Source: Clostridia bacterium (lineage in GTDB: Bacteria > Bacillota > Clostridia > Oscillospirales > CAG-272). From it: 64,000 bases of DNA. The notes beneath the pieces were generated by a model, which was given only the letters and a program-made list of their open reading frames with translations, made no database searches and was not told the origin of the DNA. Location: positions 52,799-116,798 of the forward strand of contig JAFTVG010000027.1 in NCBI GenBank assembly GCA_017465885.1, read 5' to 3'. Every line of letters begins with the position of its first letter. The first letter of the stretch is position 1. Below, in pieces: positions 1-9,968 of the stretch. Position numbers and translations under genes: made by a program.

Positions 1-933
1 CTGAAGTTCTTCACCGCAGCTGTTATGGTCGCTTGCTACTGCGCAGGTGCTTCGCTGATCATGTGGCTGGGCGAAAAGATCAACGAAAGCGGTATCGGCA
101 ACGGTATCTCGATGATTCTTTTTGCAAACATCGTGGTTTCCTTCCCCGCACAGGCAGCATACATCTTCAAGCTGATCTTCAACTTCGATAGAGAGCTGCC
201 CGGCGTTGGCGCAACCGCCAATAAGGACTTCTGGTGGATCGGAACCATCATTGGCGTGCTGGGCTTTGCAATGATCCTTGCAATGATCGCTTTCATGGTA
301 TTTATGACCAACAGCGAAAGAAGACTTCCCATTCAGTACGCTAAGAGAGTCGTTGGTAGAAAAATGTACGGTGGACAGAGCACCAACCTGCCTCTGAAGC
401 TGAATATGACCGGCGTTATGCCCATCATCTTCGCAAGCTCCATCGTATCTATCCCTGCTACCTTCGCTATGTTTTTCGGCAAGACGAACTCCACCAAGGG
501 CTTCTGGGGTTGGGCTAACAGCTTCAACCAGTACCACTGGGCATACATTCTGGTGTTCGGTATCCTGATGATCTGCTTTGCATACTTCTATATCGCGATT
601 TCCTTTAATCCCGTAGAGGTTGCAAACAATCTGAAGAAGAACGGCGGCTCTATCCCCGGTATCCGTACCGGCAGACCCACCTCCGATTATATCTCCAAGA
701 TCCTGTCCAGAACCACCTTTATCGGCGCGATCTGCCTGCTGATCATCGCTCTGGTTCCCATGATCCTGGGTGCGATCGGTAACGCTGTCGGAACCGATAA
801 CTGGGCGTATGCGCTGACCTACTTCTCCTTCTCCGGTAACTCCCTGCTCATCGTTGTGGGCGTAGTTCTTGAGACTGTAAGAGAGATTGAGGCTCAGATG
901 ACCATGCGTAACTTCAAGGGCTTCCTTGAATAA
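1..933 (+). CDS. secY: preprotein translocase subunit SecY, C-terminal part (5' end lies upstream of the window)
   Basis: Frame 1 is open from base 1 (LKFFTAAV precedes the first Met at 25). It is a polytopic membrane sequence including WLGEKINESGIGNGISMILFANIV and a C-terminal REIEAQMTMRNFKGFLE. adk-map-infA follow directly, as at the end of the spc operon. Confidence 0.93.
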   Translation: MKFFTAAVMVACYCAGASLIMWLGEKINESGIGNGISMILFANIVVSFPAQAAYIFKLIFNFDRELPGVGATANKDFWWIGTIIGVLGFAMILAMIAFMVFMTNSERRLPIQYAKRVVGRKMYGGQSTNLPLKLNMTGVMPIIFASSIVSIPATFAMFFGKTNSTKGFWGWANSFNQYHWAYILVFGILMICFAYFYIAISFNPVEVANNLKKNGGSIPGIRTGRPTSDYISKILSRTTFIGAICLLIIALVPMILGAIGNAVGTDNWAYALTYFSFSGNSLLIVVGVVLETVREIEAQMTMRNFKGFLE

Positions 934-1009
934 GATCAAATGAAATGTGCTTCGGCGAAAGGAAAAGCTTCTTTTCGCCGGGCGCAGATCAGATAAAGAG
1001 GAATAACAA

Positions 1010-1648
1010 ATGAACATTATATTTCTCGGAGCTCCCGGTGCCGGCAAAGGCACCCAGGCTGAAAAGGTGAGTGCCCGCTACGGCATTCCCGCAATCTCTA
1101 CCGGTGCCATCATCCGTTCTGCCATCAAGACCGGTACTCCTATGGGTACCGCAGCCAAGGCATACACCGAAAAGGGCGCGCTCGTGCCCGATGAGGTGGT
1201 GATCGGCATCATCAAGGAGCGCCTTGCCGAGGAGGACTGCAAGAATGGCTTCATTCTTGACGGCTTCCCCAGAACCGTACCTCAGGCCGAAGCACTGGAC
1301 ACTATGGGCGTAAAGATCGACTTAGTGATCAGCATCGAGGTCAGCGATGAAGCGATCGTTGACAGAATGAGCGGCAGAAGAGTGTGCGACGCTTGCGGCG
1401 CTTCCTATCACGTAAAGTACAACCCCTCCAAGGACGGAGTGACTTGCGACAAGGACGGCACCACGCTGACCCAGCGCAAGGACGACAAGCCCGAGGTTGT
1501 GCTTGACAGACTGTCCACCTATCACGAAACCACCGAGCCTATCAAGGGATACTACGAGGGTACCGGTAAGCTTCGCATCGTGGACGGAGAGCAGTCGGTG
1601 GACGAGGCTACCGCCGCTGTATTTGCGACCATTGACAACGTCGGTTAA
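1010..1648 (+). CDS. adk: adenylate kinase
   Basis: 212 aa. It has an N-terminal P-loop (GAPGAGKGTQ), a LID segment with CDACGASYH, and the conserved secY-adk-map position. Confidence 0.95.
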   Translation: MNIIFLGAPGAGKGTQAEKVSARYGIPAISTGAIIRSAIKTGTPMGTAAKAYTEKGALVPDEVVIGIIKERLAEEDCKNGFILDGFPRTVPQAEALDTMGVKIDLVISIEVSDEAIVDRMSGRRVCDACGASYHVKYNPSKDGVTCDKDGTTLTQRKDDKPEVVLDRLSTYHETTEPIKGYYEGTGKLRIVDGEQSVDEATAAVFATIDNVG

Positions 1649-1654
1649 GCAAGA

Positions 1655-2404
1655 ATGATTCAGCTGAAAAATAAAGCTCAGATCGATGCGATGCGCGATG
1701 CCTGCAGGATCTCGGGAGAGGCGCTTGCCCTTGGCGGTGAGCACGTCAAGCCCGGTGTCACAACGGGACAGATCAACGAGATCATCCATAGGTATATTCT
1801 GAAGCAGGGAGCCACCCCGTCCTTTCTCGGGTACGGCGGTTTTCCCGGCTCGGCGTGCATCAGCGTCAACGACGAGGTCATCCACGGGATCCCCGGAAAC
1901 AGGGAGCTGAAGGATGGCGACGTGGTCAAGATCGACGTGGGCGCATACTACCGCGGCTATCATGGGGACAACGCAAACACCTTCATTGCAGGTAAGGGCA
2001 CGGACGAAGCCGAGCATCTGGTGGCAGTCACCAGACAGTGCTTTTACGAGGGACTGAAGCTTGTGAAGGCAGGAAACCGCTTAGGTGACCTGGGACACGC
2101 GATTCAGGAATACGTGGAGGCAAACGGCTGCAGCGTGGTGAGAGAATACGTGGGACACGGGATCGGCAAAGCCCTTCACGAGGATCCCAACGTACCCAAC
2201 TACGGCAGCGCAGGCAGAGGTCTGCGGCTCCTGACGGGAATGGTGATCGCGATCGAACCAATGGTGTGTGCAGGCGACCACAGGGTGCGGGTTTTGCCCG
2301 ACAAGTGGACGGTCGTCACGTGTGACGGAAAGCCCTCGGCTCATTATGAGCATACGGTGGCGCTGACAGAGCACGGCGTGGAGCTTTTGACCAAGATAGA
2401 CTGA
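1655..2404 (+). CDS. map: type I methionine aminopeptidase
   Basis: 249 aa with MetAP hallmarks (DVVKIDVGA, GYHGDNANTF, GHGIGKALHE, IAIEPM, HYEHTV). It lies directly after adk. Confidence 0.95.
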   Translation: MIQLKNKAQIDAMRDACRISGEALALGGEHVKPGVTTGQINEIIHRYILKQGATPSFLGYGGFPGSACISVNDEVIHGIPGNRELKDGDVVKIDVGAYYRGYHGDNANTFIAGKGTDEAEHLVAVTRQCFYEGLKLVKAGNRLGDLGHAIQEYVEANGCSVVREYVGHGIGKALHEDPNVPNYGSAGRGLRLLTGMVIAIEPMVCAGDHRVRVLPDKWTVVTCDGKPSAHYEHTVALTEHGVELLTKID

Positions 2405-2407
2405 GTT

Positions 2408-2680
2408 ATGGAACTGTTAAAGGGACGATTTGTTCGATCCTTATCCGGTAAAGACAAGGGGATGATCCTCGTTGTGGTCGGTGTGACCGACGAAGGATAT
2501 CTGCTTCTTGCCGACGGAAAGACACGTAAGCTTGAAACACCCAAGAAAAAGAAGCAAAAGCACGCAGAGGTGCTTGCCCTTCCTCAAATAGAGGAGCAGG
2601 AGGTTGGTATGCTGACCAACCGAAGGTTAAGGGAAGCGGTGAAGGGTGCAGTGACTCTTTTGACAATACGGAAGGAGTGA
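2408..2680 (+). CDS. KOW-like small RNA-binding protein (function unknown)
   Basis: 90 aa. The N-terminus [20 protein letters not shown] resembles a KOW motif. It occupies the conserved slot between map and infA in many Firmicutes. ATG at 2408; the stop overlaps the infA start. Confidence 0.75.
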   Translation: MELLKGRFVRSLSGKDKGMILVVVGVTDEGYLLLADGKTRKLETPKKKKQKHAEVLALPQIEEQEVGMLTNRRLREAVKGAVTLLTIRKE

Positions 2681-2904
2681 GTATTCTGGCGAAGGACGAT
2701 GTTATGGAATTTGAAGGTGTGGTTTTGGAAGCGCTTCCGAATGCCACCTTCAAGGTAAAGCTTCCCAACGGACACGTGGTAACCGCGAAGATCTCCGGGA
2801 AGCTCAGAATGAATTATATATGGATTTTGCCCGGTGACAAGGTAACGGTGGAGATCTCGGTATACGAGCCCACCCAGGGCCGCATCACCTGGCGCGGAAA
2901 ATAA
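2677..2904 (+). CDS. infA: translation initiation factor IF-1
   Basis: [23 protein letters not shown]...[19 protein letters not shown] is a typical IF-1 S1/OB sequence. There is no N-terminal ATG. The track start is GTG 2677, overlapping the upstream stop (GTGA). ATT 2683 and CTG 2686 lie 5-8 nt after AAGGAG (2672-2677), so the exact start is uncertain. Confidence 0.9.
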   Translation: MSILAKDDVMEFEGVVLEALPNATFKVKLPNGHVVTAKISGKLRMNYIWILPGDKVTVEISVYEPTQGRITWRGK

Positions 2905-2923
2905 GAAAGGCTGGTGCACAACA

Positions 2924-3037
2924 ATGAAGGTTAAACCCTCCGTTAAGAAGATCTGCGAGAAGTGCAAGATCATCAAGCGCAAGGGCAAGGTCATGGTTAT
3001 CTGCGAGAACCCCAAGCACAAGCAGAAGCAGGGTTGA
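2924..3037 (+). CDS. rpmJ: 50S ribosomal protein L36
   Basis: Absent from the ORF track because it is under 60 aa. ATG 2924 to TGA 3035-3037 encodes [37 protein letters not shown] (37 aa). This is the canonical L36 sequence in the expected infA-rpmJ-rpsM position. Confidence 0.95.
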   Translation: MKVKPSVKKICEKCKIIKRKGKVMVICENPKHKQKQG

Positions 3038-3105
3038 CCATAGCCGAACCGCCTGAAGCAAACAAGGTATCATAAAGAGACCAAACAAGAAAAGGAGATA
3101 CAAGA

Positions 3106-3474
3106 ATGGCTCGTATAGCTGGTGTAGATATTCCGAACCAAAAGCGGGTTGAGATCGCACTGACCTATATCTACGGTATAGGCAGAAAGAGCGCGAACGA
3201 CATTCTGGCAAGAACCGGTATCAATCCCGATACCCGCGCTAAGGATCTGACCGAAGAAGAGATCGCAAAGATCCGTGATGAGATCGAAGCAAACTACGCG
3301 GTAGAAGGCGATCTTCGCCGTGACGTTGCAATGGATATCAAGAGAATGGTTGAGATCAACTGCTATCGCGGTATCCGTCACAGAAAGGGTCTGCCCGTAA
3401 GAGGACAGAGAACCAAGACCAATGCAAGAACCAGAAAAGGTCCTGCAAAGACGATCGCAAACAAGAAGAAATAA
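3106..3474 (+). CDS. rpsM: 30S ribosomal protein S13
   Basis: 122 aa. [10 protein letters not shown]...LTYIYGIG...[25 protein letters not shown] is typical S13. Confidence 0.96.
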   Translation: MARIAGVDIPNQKRVEIALTYIYGIGRKSANDILARTGINPDTRAKDLTEEEIAKIRDEIEANYAVEGDLRRDVAMDIKRMVEINCYRGIRHRKGLPVRGQRTKTNARTRKGPAKTIANKKK

Positions 3475-3492
3475 GATAAGGAGTAAAGTTCG

Positions 3493-3888
3493 ATGGCTAA
3501 GACAGCGAAAAAGGTTATCAGAAAGCGCCGCGAGAAAAAGAATGTCGAAAAGGGCGCTGTGCATATCCGTTCGACTTATAACAACACAATCGTGACTGTT
3601 ACCGATACCAACGGTAACGCAGTGTCGTGGGCGTCTGCCGGCGAAATGGGCTTCAGAGGCTCCAAAAAGTCCACTCCTTTCGCAGCACAGACCGCTTCCG
3701 AGACCGCTGCTAAGCTGGCAGTGGATCAGGGTATGAAGAGCGTTGAAGTATTCGTAAAGGGCCCCGGACCCGGAAGAGAATCTGCAATCAGAGCTCTTGA
3801 AACCGCAGGTCTGACCGTTACCATGATCAAAGACGTGACTCCCATCCCCCACAACGGATGCCGTCCGCCCAAGCGCAGACGCGTTTGA
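3493..3888 (+). CDS. rpsK: 30S ribosomal protein S11
   Basis: 131 aa. [22 protein letters not shown]...[14 protein letters not shown]...[13 protein letters not shown] is typical S11. Confidence 0.96.
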   Translation: MAKTAKKVIRKRREKKNVEKGAVHIRSTYNNTIVTVTDTNGNAVSWASAGEMGFRGSKKSTPFAAQTASETAAKLAVDQGMKSVEVFVKGPGPGRESAIRALETAGLTVTMIKDVTPIPHNGCRPPKRRRV

Positions 3889-3912
3889 TCAAACCAAAGG
3901 AGGAATAGCATT

Positions 3913-4542
3913 ATGGCAAGATATACTGGACCCGCATGCAGACTGTGCCGCAGAGAAGGCCGCAAGCTGTATTTGAAGGGTGAACGTTGCCTGAGCGGTA
4001 AGTGCGCAGTTGAGCGCAGAGCATCTGCTCCCGGCCAGCACGGCGCTCAGAGCAAGAAGATGAAGGAATACGGCCTGCAGCTGCGTGCTAAGCAGACCGC
4101 AAAGAGATACTACGGCGTACAGGAAGGCCAGTTTGCCAAGTACTACGAGAAGGCAAGCAAGAAGAGCGGTGTTACCGGTGAGAACCTGCTGAGCCTGCTC
4201 GAGAGACGTCTTGACAACGTGGTTTACAGAATGGGTATGGCAGAGAGCCGCAGAGACGCTCGTCAGCTGGTTCTGCACGGCCACTTCAGACTCAACGGCA
4301 AGAAGGTTACCATTCCTTCCATCAGCATTAAGGTTGGCGACGTGATCACTGTAAGAGAAGAGAGCAAGTCTTCCGCTAAGATCAAGGAACTGATCGAAAA
4401 GATGCAGGCAACCAAGAACTTCCCCAAGTGGCTGGAGTGCGACAGCGCAAATCTGAGCGCTAAGGTTGTTGCAATTCCTGAAAAGAGCGACATCGACTTC
4501 GAATTCCAGGAACAGCTGATCGTCGAGTTGTACTCCAAGTAA
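3913..4542 (+). CDS. rpsD: 30S ribosomal protein S4
   Basis: 209 aa. [16 protein letters not shown]...[13 protein letters not shown]...QLVLHGHF is typical S4 with an S4 RNA-binding domain. Confidence 0.96.
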   Translation: MARYTGPACRLCRREGRKLYLKGERCLSGKCAVERRASAPGQHGAQSKKMKEYGLQLRAKQTAKRYYGVQEGQFAKYYEKASKKSGVTGENLLSLLERRLDNVVYRMGMAESRRDARQLVLHGHFRLNGKKVTIPSISIKVGDVITVREESKSSAKIKELIEKMQATKNFPKWLECDSANLSAKVVAIPEKSDIDFEFQEQLIVELYSK

Positions 4543-4638
4543 TACGCAACCTCCGGAAACTGGCACCGACTATGGCGCAGTTTGCGCCGTGGTTGGCTAC
4601 ACATGCAGTGATGCACACAATCTAAAGGAGGATTATTC

Positions 4639-5589
4639 ATGATTGAAATAGAGAAGCCTAATATCGTAACCGCTGACTTAAGCGAAGACGGCAAAAGCGG
4701 AACGTTCATCGTGGAGCCGCTGGAAAGAAGCTTTGGTACCACCCTTGGTAACTCTCTGCGCAGAGTGCTGCTCAGCTCTTTGCCCGGTGTTGCAGTGGTG
4801 TCCATCAAGATCGACGGTGTTCTTCATGAAATTTCCACCATTCCCGGTGTGAAGGAAGACGTTACCGAGATCGTGCTCAACGTGAAGGGAATTACTGCCA
4901 AGTTGCACTGCGAAGGCAGAAAGACCTGCGTGATCGAAATGAACGGCCCCGGCGAAGTGACTGCGGGCAGCATCAAGCCCGATGCAGACATCGAGATCCT
5001 GAATCCCGATCTGCACATCGCAACCCTTTCCGAGGGTGCACGCTTTTACATGGAGCTGACCTTTGACCACGGCCGCGGATACGTTTCTCAGGAGAAGAAT
5101 AAGCAGCAGAATAGCCCCACCATCGGTGTGATCTATACTGACTCGATCTACACTCCCGTTTACAACGTGAACTACAAGGTTGAAAAGACCCGTGTTCGCA
5201 ACGTGACCGATTATGATAAGCTTACTCTTGAGGTACTGACCAACGGAACCATTTCCGCCAAGGAAGCAGTATCTCTCGGAGCCAAGATTCTCAATGAGCA
5301 TCTCAACCTGTTCGTAAACCTTTCTGACGATGCGAAGAAGGAAACGATCATGGTAGAGCGTCAGGAAACCATTAAGGAAAAAGTCTTAGAGATGACTATC
5401 GAGGATCTTGACCTGTCCGTTCGTAGCTTCAATTGCTTGAAGAGAGCGAACATCGATACGGTAGAGGACCTGACCAAGAGAACCGAATCTGAAATGTTCA
5501 AGGTTCGTAACCTTGGTAAGAAGTCCTTGGAAGAAGTTATTCAGAAGCTTCAGAGCCTGGGCTTAACGCTCAAGCCTGAGGATGACTGA
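4639..5589 (+). CDS. rpoA: DNA-directed RNA polymerase subunit alpha
   Basis: 316 aa. The N-terminal domain reads [28 protein letters not shown]. The C-terminal domain reads [25 protein letters not shown]. Position rpsD-rpoA-rplQ. Confidence 0.96.
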   Translation: MIEIEKPNIVTADLSEDGKSGTFIVEPLERSFGTTLGNSLRRVLLSSLPGVAVVSIKIDGVLHEISTIPGVKEDVTEIVLNVKGITAKLHCEGRKTCVIEMNGPGEVTAGSIKPDADIEILNPDLHIATLSEGARFYMELTFDHGRGYVSQEKNKQQNSPTIGVIYTDSIYTPVYNVNYKVEKTRVRNVTDYDKLTLEVLTNGTISAKEAVSLGAKILNEHLNLFVNLSDDAKKETIMVERQETIKEKVLEMTIEDLDLSVRSFNCLKRANIDTVEDLTKRTESEMFKVRNLGKKSLEEVIQKLQSLGLTLKPEDD

Positions 5590-5626
5590 ATAACCAACGA
5601 AAATAAGATCAAAGGAGGGACCTGAA

Positions 5627-6043
5627 ATGCCGGGAACCAGAAAACTCGGAAGACCCACTGCGCACAGAAACGCAATGCTCAGAGGTATGGTAACTTATCT
5701 GCTTGAGAATGGCAAGATCGAGACCACTCTGACCAGAGCGAAGGAAGTTAGTGCTCTGACCGAGAAGATGATTACACTTGGAAAGAAGAATACCCTTGCC
5801 TCCCGCCGTCAGGCGCTGGCTTTCATTACCAAGAAGACTGTTGTTAAGAAGCTGTTTGATACCATCGCACCCGAGTACGCCGAGAAGAACGGCGGCTACG
5901 TGCAGATCTACAAGCTGGGCCCCCGTCGTGGCGACGGTGCGGAAATGGCTCTGATCAGACTGGTAGCAGTTGAGACCGCAGTTGAAGAGAAGAAGGCTGA
6001 GACCAAGGCTGAGGCTCCTGCTGAGGAAAAGGCAGAAGCATAA
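5627..6043 (+). CDS. rplQ: 50S ribosomal protein L17 (with Ala/Glu/Lys-rich C-terminal tail)
   Basis: 138 aa. [16 protein letters not shown]...[22 protein letters not shown] is typical L17. The last ~25 residues are a low-complexity AEK tail. Confidence 0.95.
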   Translation: MPGTRKLGRPTAHRNAMLRGMVTYLLENGKIETTLTRAKEVSALTEKMITLGKKNTLASRRQALAFITKKTVVKKLFDTIAPEYAEKNGGYVQIYKLGPRRGDGAEMALIRLVAVETAVEEKKAETKAEAPAEEKAEA

Positions 6044-6061
6044 TCTTCAAAGCTTATAGGA

Positions 6062-6097
6062 ACGCCCCCTTGACTTATCGTCAAGGGGGCGTTTTAT
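6062..6097 (+). terminator. rho-independent terminator after rplQ (also faces the convergent gene)
   Basis: ACGCCCCCTTGAC - TTATC - GTCAAGGGGGCGT (13-bp perfect stem) followed by TTTTAT. It lies between the convergent stops at 6043 and 6100. Confidence 0.85.
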
Positions 6098-6099
6098 CG

Positions 6100-6783
6100 T
6101 TATTTCAGCGCCGATTTTTGGTCTTCGTTCAGCTTCAGGCTGTCAAGCGCCTTCCTTTTTGCCATTTTGAGGACGGGATCGCATAGGCGTCCCTCCGTAT
6201 AGGGTAGAACGGCGTCATAGTGACGGCAGAGAGCCTCGGTAAAGTACCAGGCGAGCATCATTTGCTCGTAGTATTCCTCGCTTTTTACAGCAGCAAGCCG
6301 GTCAAGATCGCCTTTTCGGGGTATCTCTAGGAAGTGGAGCATCAGCATCTCTATCGCGAAGCGGCGGGCGTAAAGATGGGGAGAGGAGAGCCATCCGTCG
6401 ATCCTTTGGCGAAGCTCTTGGCGAGATTGCTCGTCCTTGGCTTTTTTAAAATAGGGCGGGCGCAACGAATCGCAGGTGCCCCAATTGTCCACGTAGGGCA
6501 AAAAGGCATCCAAAGCCTCAAAAAGGCGGTGTCCCTCCAACTCCATGATCAAAAAGGCGTGAAGATTTTGCTCTTCGTAGTAAAAATGAGGGAGGTCTTC
6601 AAGAAATGCGGCGGCAAGAGGGCTGTTTTTGATGCTTTTGGCGTATTTGCGAATATGGGGCATCGGTACGCCGAGGATCCGATCCTTTTCCACAGTGGGC
6701 AAAAGGGGGGCTTGAAAGGCTTTATACTTGGGGTCAGCCATGTGGCGAAGGGTATCGACGATGGGACGGCAGGGAAGACTCAC
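6100..6783 (-). CDS. DNA alkylation repair protein (AlkD-like HEAT-repeat family)
   Basis: 227 aa. The N-terminal pattern LRHMADPKYKAFQAPLLPT...ILGVPMPHIRKYAK and the helical-repeat composition match my recollection of the DNA alkylation repair family. GTG start at 6783, overlapping the upstream stop. Confidence 0.7.
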   Translation of the reverse strand: MSLPCRPIVDTLRHMADPKYKAFQAPLLPTVEKDRILGVPMPHIRKYAKSIKNSPLAAAFLEDLPHFYYEEQNLHAFLIMELEGHRLFEALDAFLPYVDNWGTCDSLRPPYFKKAKDEQSRQELRQRIDGWLSSPHLYARRFAIEMLMLHFLEIPRKGDLDRLAAVKSEEYYEQMMLAWYFTEALCRHYDAVLPYTEGRLCDPVLKMAKRKALDSLKLNEDQKSALK

Positions 6784-7787
6784 GTCGGCTCACTCTCCTT
6801 CATGGCAACGTAGCCGCATTCCTCGATAAGCCTCTGTCCATCGGGGGAAAGGATCCAGTTGATGAGGAGGGGAATGTTTTCGTTTTGCGTATCGGCACGG
6901 TAAACGGCATAAAACTCAGCAATGAAGGGGTAGCTTCCGTTTTGAATATTTTCTTCGCTTGGATATACCCCATTCAGCGCCAGCATCTTCACTGCCTGAT
7001 TGCCGACGATCCCGTCCATATAATAGCGGAAGGAAAAGCCGATGGAGGCACCAAAAAGGGCAAAGGGGGATTTGTTTGCAGGATCGTAGCTGCCAATGAA
7101 GGCGTCCATTGCCGATTGGCTTCCGCTTCCGCGCAGTCGTGAGACCGGATTGATGGGTCGGTTGACGCCGCCTACCTCCGACCAGTTGGTGCATTTCCCT
7201 TGATAGATGTCGCGGATCTGCTCCACGGTCAGTCCGTTTACGGGGTTTTGCTCGTTGACGAAGAAGACGAACGCCTCAAGACCCACGGGCACGTAGACCA
7301 GCTCCACTCCCCGATCCTTGGCGTACTGTCGTTGTTCAGCCGAGGGGGCGGCGGAAAAAAAGAGGTCGGTTTCGCCGTTGACCACCGCTTCAAAGCCGCG
7401 TACAGTATTTTTGTATTGCATTTTGCTGTCGGGAGCGAAGTTTTCACCGTAAAAATTGTCGTCGGAAAAGACGCCGCCCTCGTAGCTGACCGATCCTTCT
7501 GGGTAGACGTTATGAATGATGGCGGCGTAGACGGGGACGAGCGCCGCCGCTCCGTCAAGAACGGGCAGATCGCCCTTTAAGGGAAGGTCTGCGGCAATGG
7601 TGGGCAGCTCCGAGTCCTCTTCATGGGGGAGATATTTTGAAACGTCGATCATTTTTGCCTGCGCGGCAGAGCTGAAGTTGTTTGAAAGACGCCCTGTGAA
7701 GATCAGGTACATCCCGCCGTTGAGCGATAAAAAGAAGGCGCAGATCAGCAGGATGGAGCCGATTTGATAAAGAAGCTTTTTGTTCAT
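6780..7787 (-). CDS. membrane-anchored periplasmic-binding-protein-like protein (PstS/phosphate-binding-like)
   Basis: 335 aa with an N-terminal TM or signal anchor (LLYQIGSILLICAFFLSL). The body resembles PBP-type binding domains (VNGETDLFFSAAPS, RLRGSGSQSAMDAF, LALNGVYPSEENIQNGSYPF). No ABC partners are adjacent. Confidence 0.55.
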   Translation of the reverse strand: MNKKLLYQIGSILLICAFFLSLNGGMYLIFTGRLSNNFSSAAQAKMIDVSKYLPHEEDSELPTIAADLPLKGDLPVLDGAAALVPVYAAIIHNVYPEGSVSYEGGVFSDDNFYGENFAPDSKMQYKNTVRGFEAVVNGETDLFFSAAPSAEQRQYAKDRGVELVYVPVGLEAFVFFVNEQNPVNGLTVEQIRDIYQGKCTNWSEVGGVNRPINPVSRLRGSGSQSAMDAFIGSYDPANKSPFALFGASIGFSFRYYMDGIVGNQAVKMLALNGVYPSEENIQNGSYPFIAEFYAVYRADTQNENIPLLINWILSPDGQRLIEECGYVAMKESEPT

Positions 7788-7928
7788 TTACCACAGCTCC
7801 TTTGCAATGAAATAGATGATGGAGCAGTGCTCGTAGGCGTAGACGGCGTAACAAAGATGGGCGACCGTCAGCAGGGTCAGCAGAGCAAAGATCACCAAAA
7901 GCAGGGTAATATAGCGATTTGTTTTCAT
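7788..7928 (-). CDS. possible 46-aa hydrophobic peptide
   Basis: Absent from the track. ATG 7928 encodes MKTNRYITLLLVIFALLTLLTVAHLCYAVYAYEHCSIIYFIAKELW. Its TAA stop abuts the ATG of the downstream gene. One predicted TM, with no other support. Confidence 0.3.
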   Translation of the reverse strand: MKTNRYITLLLVIFALLTLLTVAHLCYAVYAYEHCSIIYFIAKELW

Positions 7929-7953
7929 AAAAAACTCCTTTCACACGGCGCGG

Positions 7954-8229
7954 TCACATATATCGTACGGCGTTCAGCAGAAGAAGGTAGAGAGCGACCG
8001 TTGCGGCGATGACCAAAAGCACCAGGACGAAGGAGATGATGGTGAGGATGAGGTGGACGCGGACTCTTTTTTTATCGTATTTTCCCGGTGTGACCTTGTT
8101 TTTGATCAAAACGTAGATCAAAAGGATCAGATTGACGATGAAAAAGAGGGGGATGCCCACGTAGATGAAGAATACAACCAATAAAAACAGTGCATTTTGC
8201 AAGAAATTTTCAAGAGCATAGCTTGACAT
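7954..8229 (-). CDS. small membrane protein (2 predicted TM), function unknown
   Basis: The track ORF (to 8319) begins at a TTG. ATG 8229 (MSSYALENF...) is preceded by AAAGGAG 8 nt upstream and is preferred. Two long hydrophobic segments. Confidence 0.55.
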   Translation of the reverse strand: MSSYALENFLQNALFLLVVFFIYVGIPLFFIVNLILLIYVLIKNKVTPGKYDKKRVRVHLILTIISFVLVLLVIAATVALYLLLLNAVRYM

Positions 8230-8257
8230 AACCGATACTCCTTTCATTTTGGAAAGT

Positions 8258-8303
8258 GAAAAAGCCGAAGCGTGCCGTGGCTTTGACCGCGGACGCTTCG
8301 GCT
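8258..8303 (-). terminator. terminator downstream of the DAK2-domain gene
   Basis: On the minus strand: AGCCGAAGCGT ... ACGCTTCGGCT (11-bp stem) followed by TTTTTC. Confidence 0.6.
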
Positions 8304-8309
8304 TGCAGT

Positions 8310-9968
8310 TTATTCGCAAGAAATGATATACTTGTAAACGGGCTGGTTGCCGGGCAGGAGGGTGACGTCTGCCATAGGAAGTGCTTCCTCAAACTGAGCG
8401 CACACCTTTTGTGCATCCTCCTCGGTCACGTCCTCGCCGTAGAAGATGGTCACCACGGCGCCCTCCTTCATTTCGTCGATCATTTGACCTAAGCACTCGG
8501 TATCGGTGTCGGCGTAAAAGCGCACCTTGCCGTTTAAAAGTCCAAGACTCTGACCTGTGTGGATATCCATACCGTCTGCGGTGGAATCGTGTACGGCGTA
8601 GGTCAGCGAGAAGCTCTTGACCATAGATGCCGCCTCGGTCATTGCCGCCTCGTTTTCTTCGGGCGAGAGGCTCTCGTCAAAGGCAAACATACAAGAAATA
8701 CCCTGAGGAATGGTCTTGGTCGCCAGTACGATCACCTTCTTTTCGGTGATCTCCTTGGATGCCTGCAGAGCCGCCAGATAGACGTTTGAGTTGTTGGGCA
8801 GGATGAAGACCGTTTCGGCGTTGACGTCCTCCACTGCCGAGATGATGTCGGCAAGGCTGGGGTTCATGGTCTGACCGCCAACCACCATTCTGTCGCATCC
8901 CATATCGGTGAATGCCGCGGCAATGCCCTCGCCCGCCGCAACCGAAACGAAGCCGTAGGGCTTTGCAGGCTCTTTTGCGACCTCGGCTGCAGGTGCTTCC
9001 GCTTCTGCCTTTTCGGCGCTCTTTGCCGCCATTTCGGTGTGCTGACGGCGCATATTCTCCACCTTAATGGTGAGCAAGGCGCCGAATACCTGAGCAAGAG
9101 AAAGGACGATGCCGGGTTCGTTCGTGTGGATGTGGAGCTTGATGATCTCCTCGTCCTGAGCGAATACCATACTGTCGCCCATTTCGGACAGCGTCTCGCG
9201 CAGGCTTTCGATACGATCTTCTGTGCAAAGCTCGGGGTTCTTTTCGATGATGCACTCGGTGCAGTAGCCAAAGGTGATCTCCCCTGCATCAATGGCGGAA
9301 AAGTCAGCCGAGGATGCGGTCTGGGGACGGGTGCTTCCGTTATACTTTACGGCGTTGTTGTTCAGCGCCGCTCTCATACCGTGAAGGATGGCAACGAAGC
9401 CGCTGCCGCCTGCGTCAACCACGTTGGCGCTCTTCAGCACGGGCAGCATCTCGGGGGTCTGCTCCAGCGTGTTGGTTGCCACGTCCAGCATATAGGACAG
9501 AAGGCCTGCAGGGTCGTTTTTAAATTCGTCGCCCGCCTTTTCAAGAGCCTTTTCGGCAGAAACGCGCATAACGGTGAGGATGGTGCCCTCCTGAGGGGTC
9601 ATCACCGCGCCGTAAGCGCTGTCAACGCCGCTCTGGAACGCCTTTGCAAGGCTGACCGAGTCTGCCTCGTCGCATTCGTCCAGCGCCTTAGCCATACCCT
9701 TGAAGAAGAGGGACAGGATGACGCCCGAGTTACCGCGTGCCGCCATCAGCATCATACGGGAGATCTGTGCGGCACAGTCGGAAAGCTTATCGGGCAGATT
9801 TTCCGCCTTTTCTCTGACCACGCCGATGGTCATACTCATATTGGAGCCGGTGTCGCCGTCGGGAACGGGGAACACGTTTAAGTTGTTGATGTCTTCCTTT
9901 TGGTTTTCTAGGGCGTTTGCCGCCGAGATCACCATATTACCATACATTTTACCGTCGATTCCGGGCAT
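8310..9968 (-). CDS. DAK2 domain fusion protein (YloV family)
   Basis: 552 aa. The N-terminal NVFPVPDGDTGSNMSMT motif of DAK2/YloV proteins is present. It is paired with an upstream DegV gene via a TAATG overlap, as is usual. Confidence 0.85.
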   Translation of the reverse strand: MPGIDGKMYGNMVISAANALENQKEDINNLNVFPVPDGDTGSNMSMTIGVVREKAENLPDKLSDCAAQISRMMLMAARGNSGVILSLFFKGMAKALDECDEADSVSLAKAFQSGVDSAYGAVMTPQEGTILTVMRVSAEKALEKAGDEFKNDPAGLLSYMLDVATNTLEQTPEMLPVLKSANVVDAGGSGFVAILHGMRAALNNNAVKYNGSTRPQTASSADFSAIDAGEITFGYCTECIIEKNPELCTEDRIESLRETLSEMGDSMVFAQDEEIIKLHIHTNEPGIVLSLAQVFGALLTIKVENMRRQHTEMAAKSAEKAEAEAPAAEVAKEPAKPYGFVSVAAGEGIAAAFTDMGCDRMVVGGQTMNPSLADIISAVEDVNAETVFILPNNSNVYLAALQASKEITEKKVIVLATKTIPQGISCMFAFDESLSPEENEAAMTEAASMVKSFSLTYAVHDSTADGMDIHTGQSLGLLNGKVRFYADTDTECLGQMIDEMKEGAVVTIFYGEDVTEEDAQKVCAQFEEALPMADVTLLPGNQPVYKYIISCE

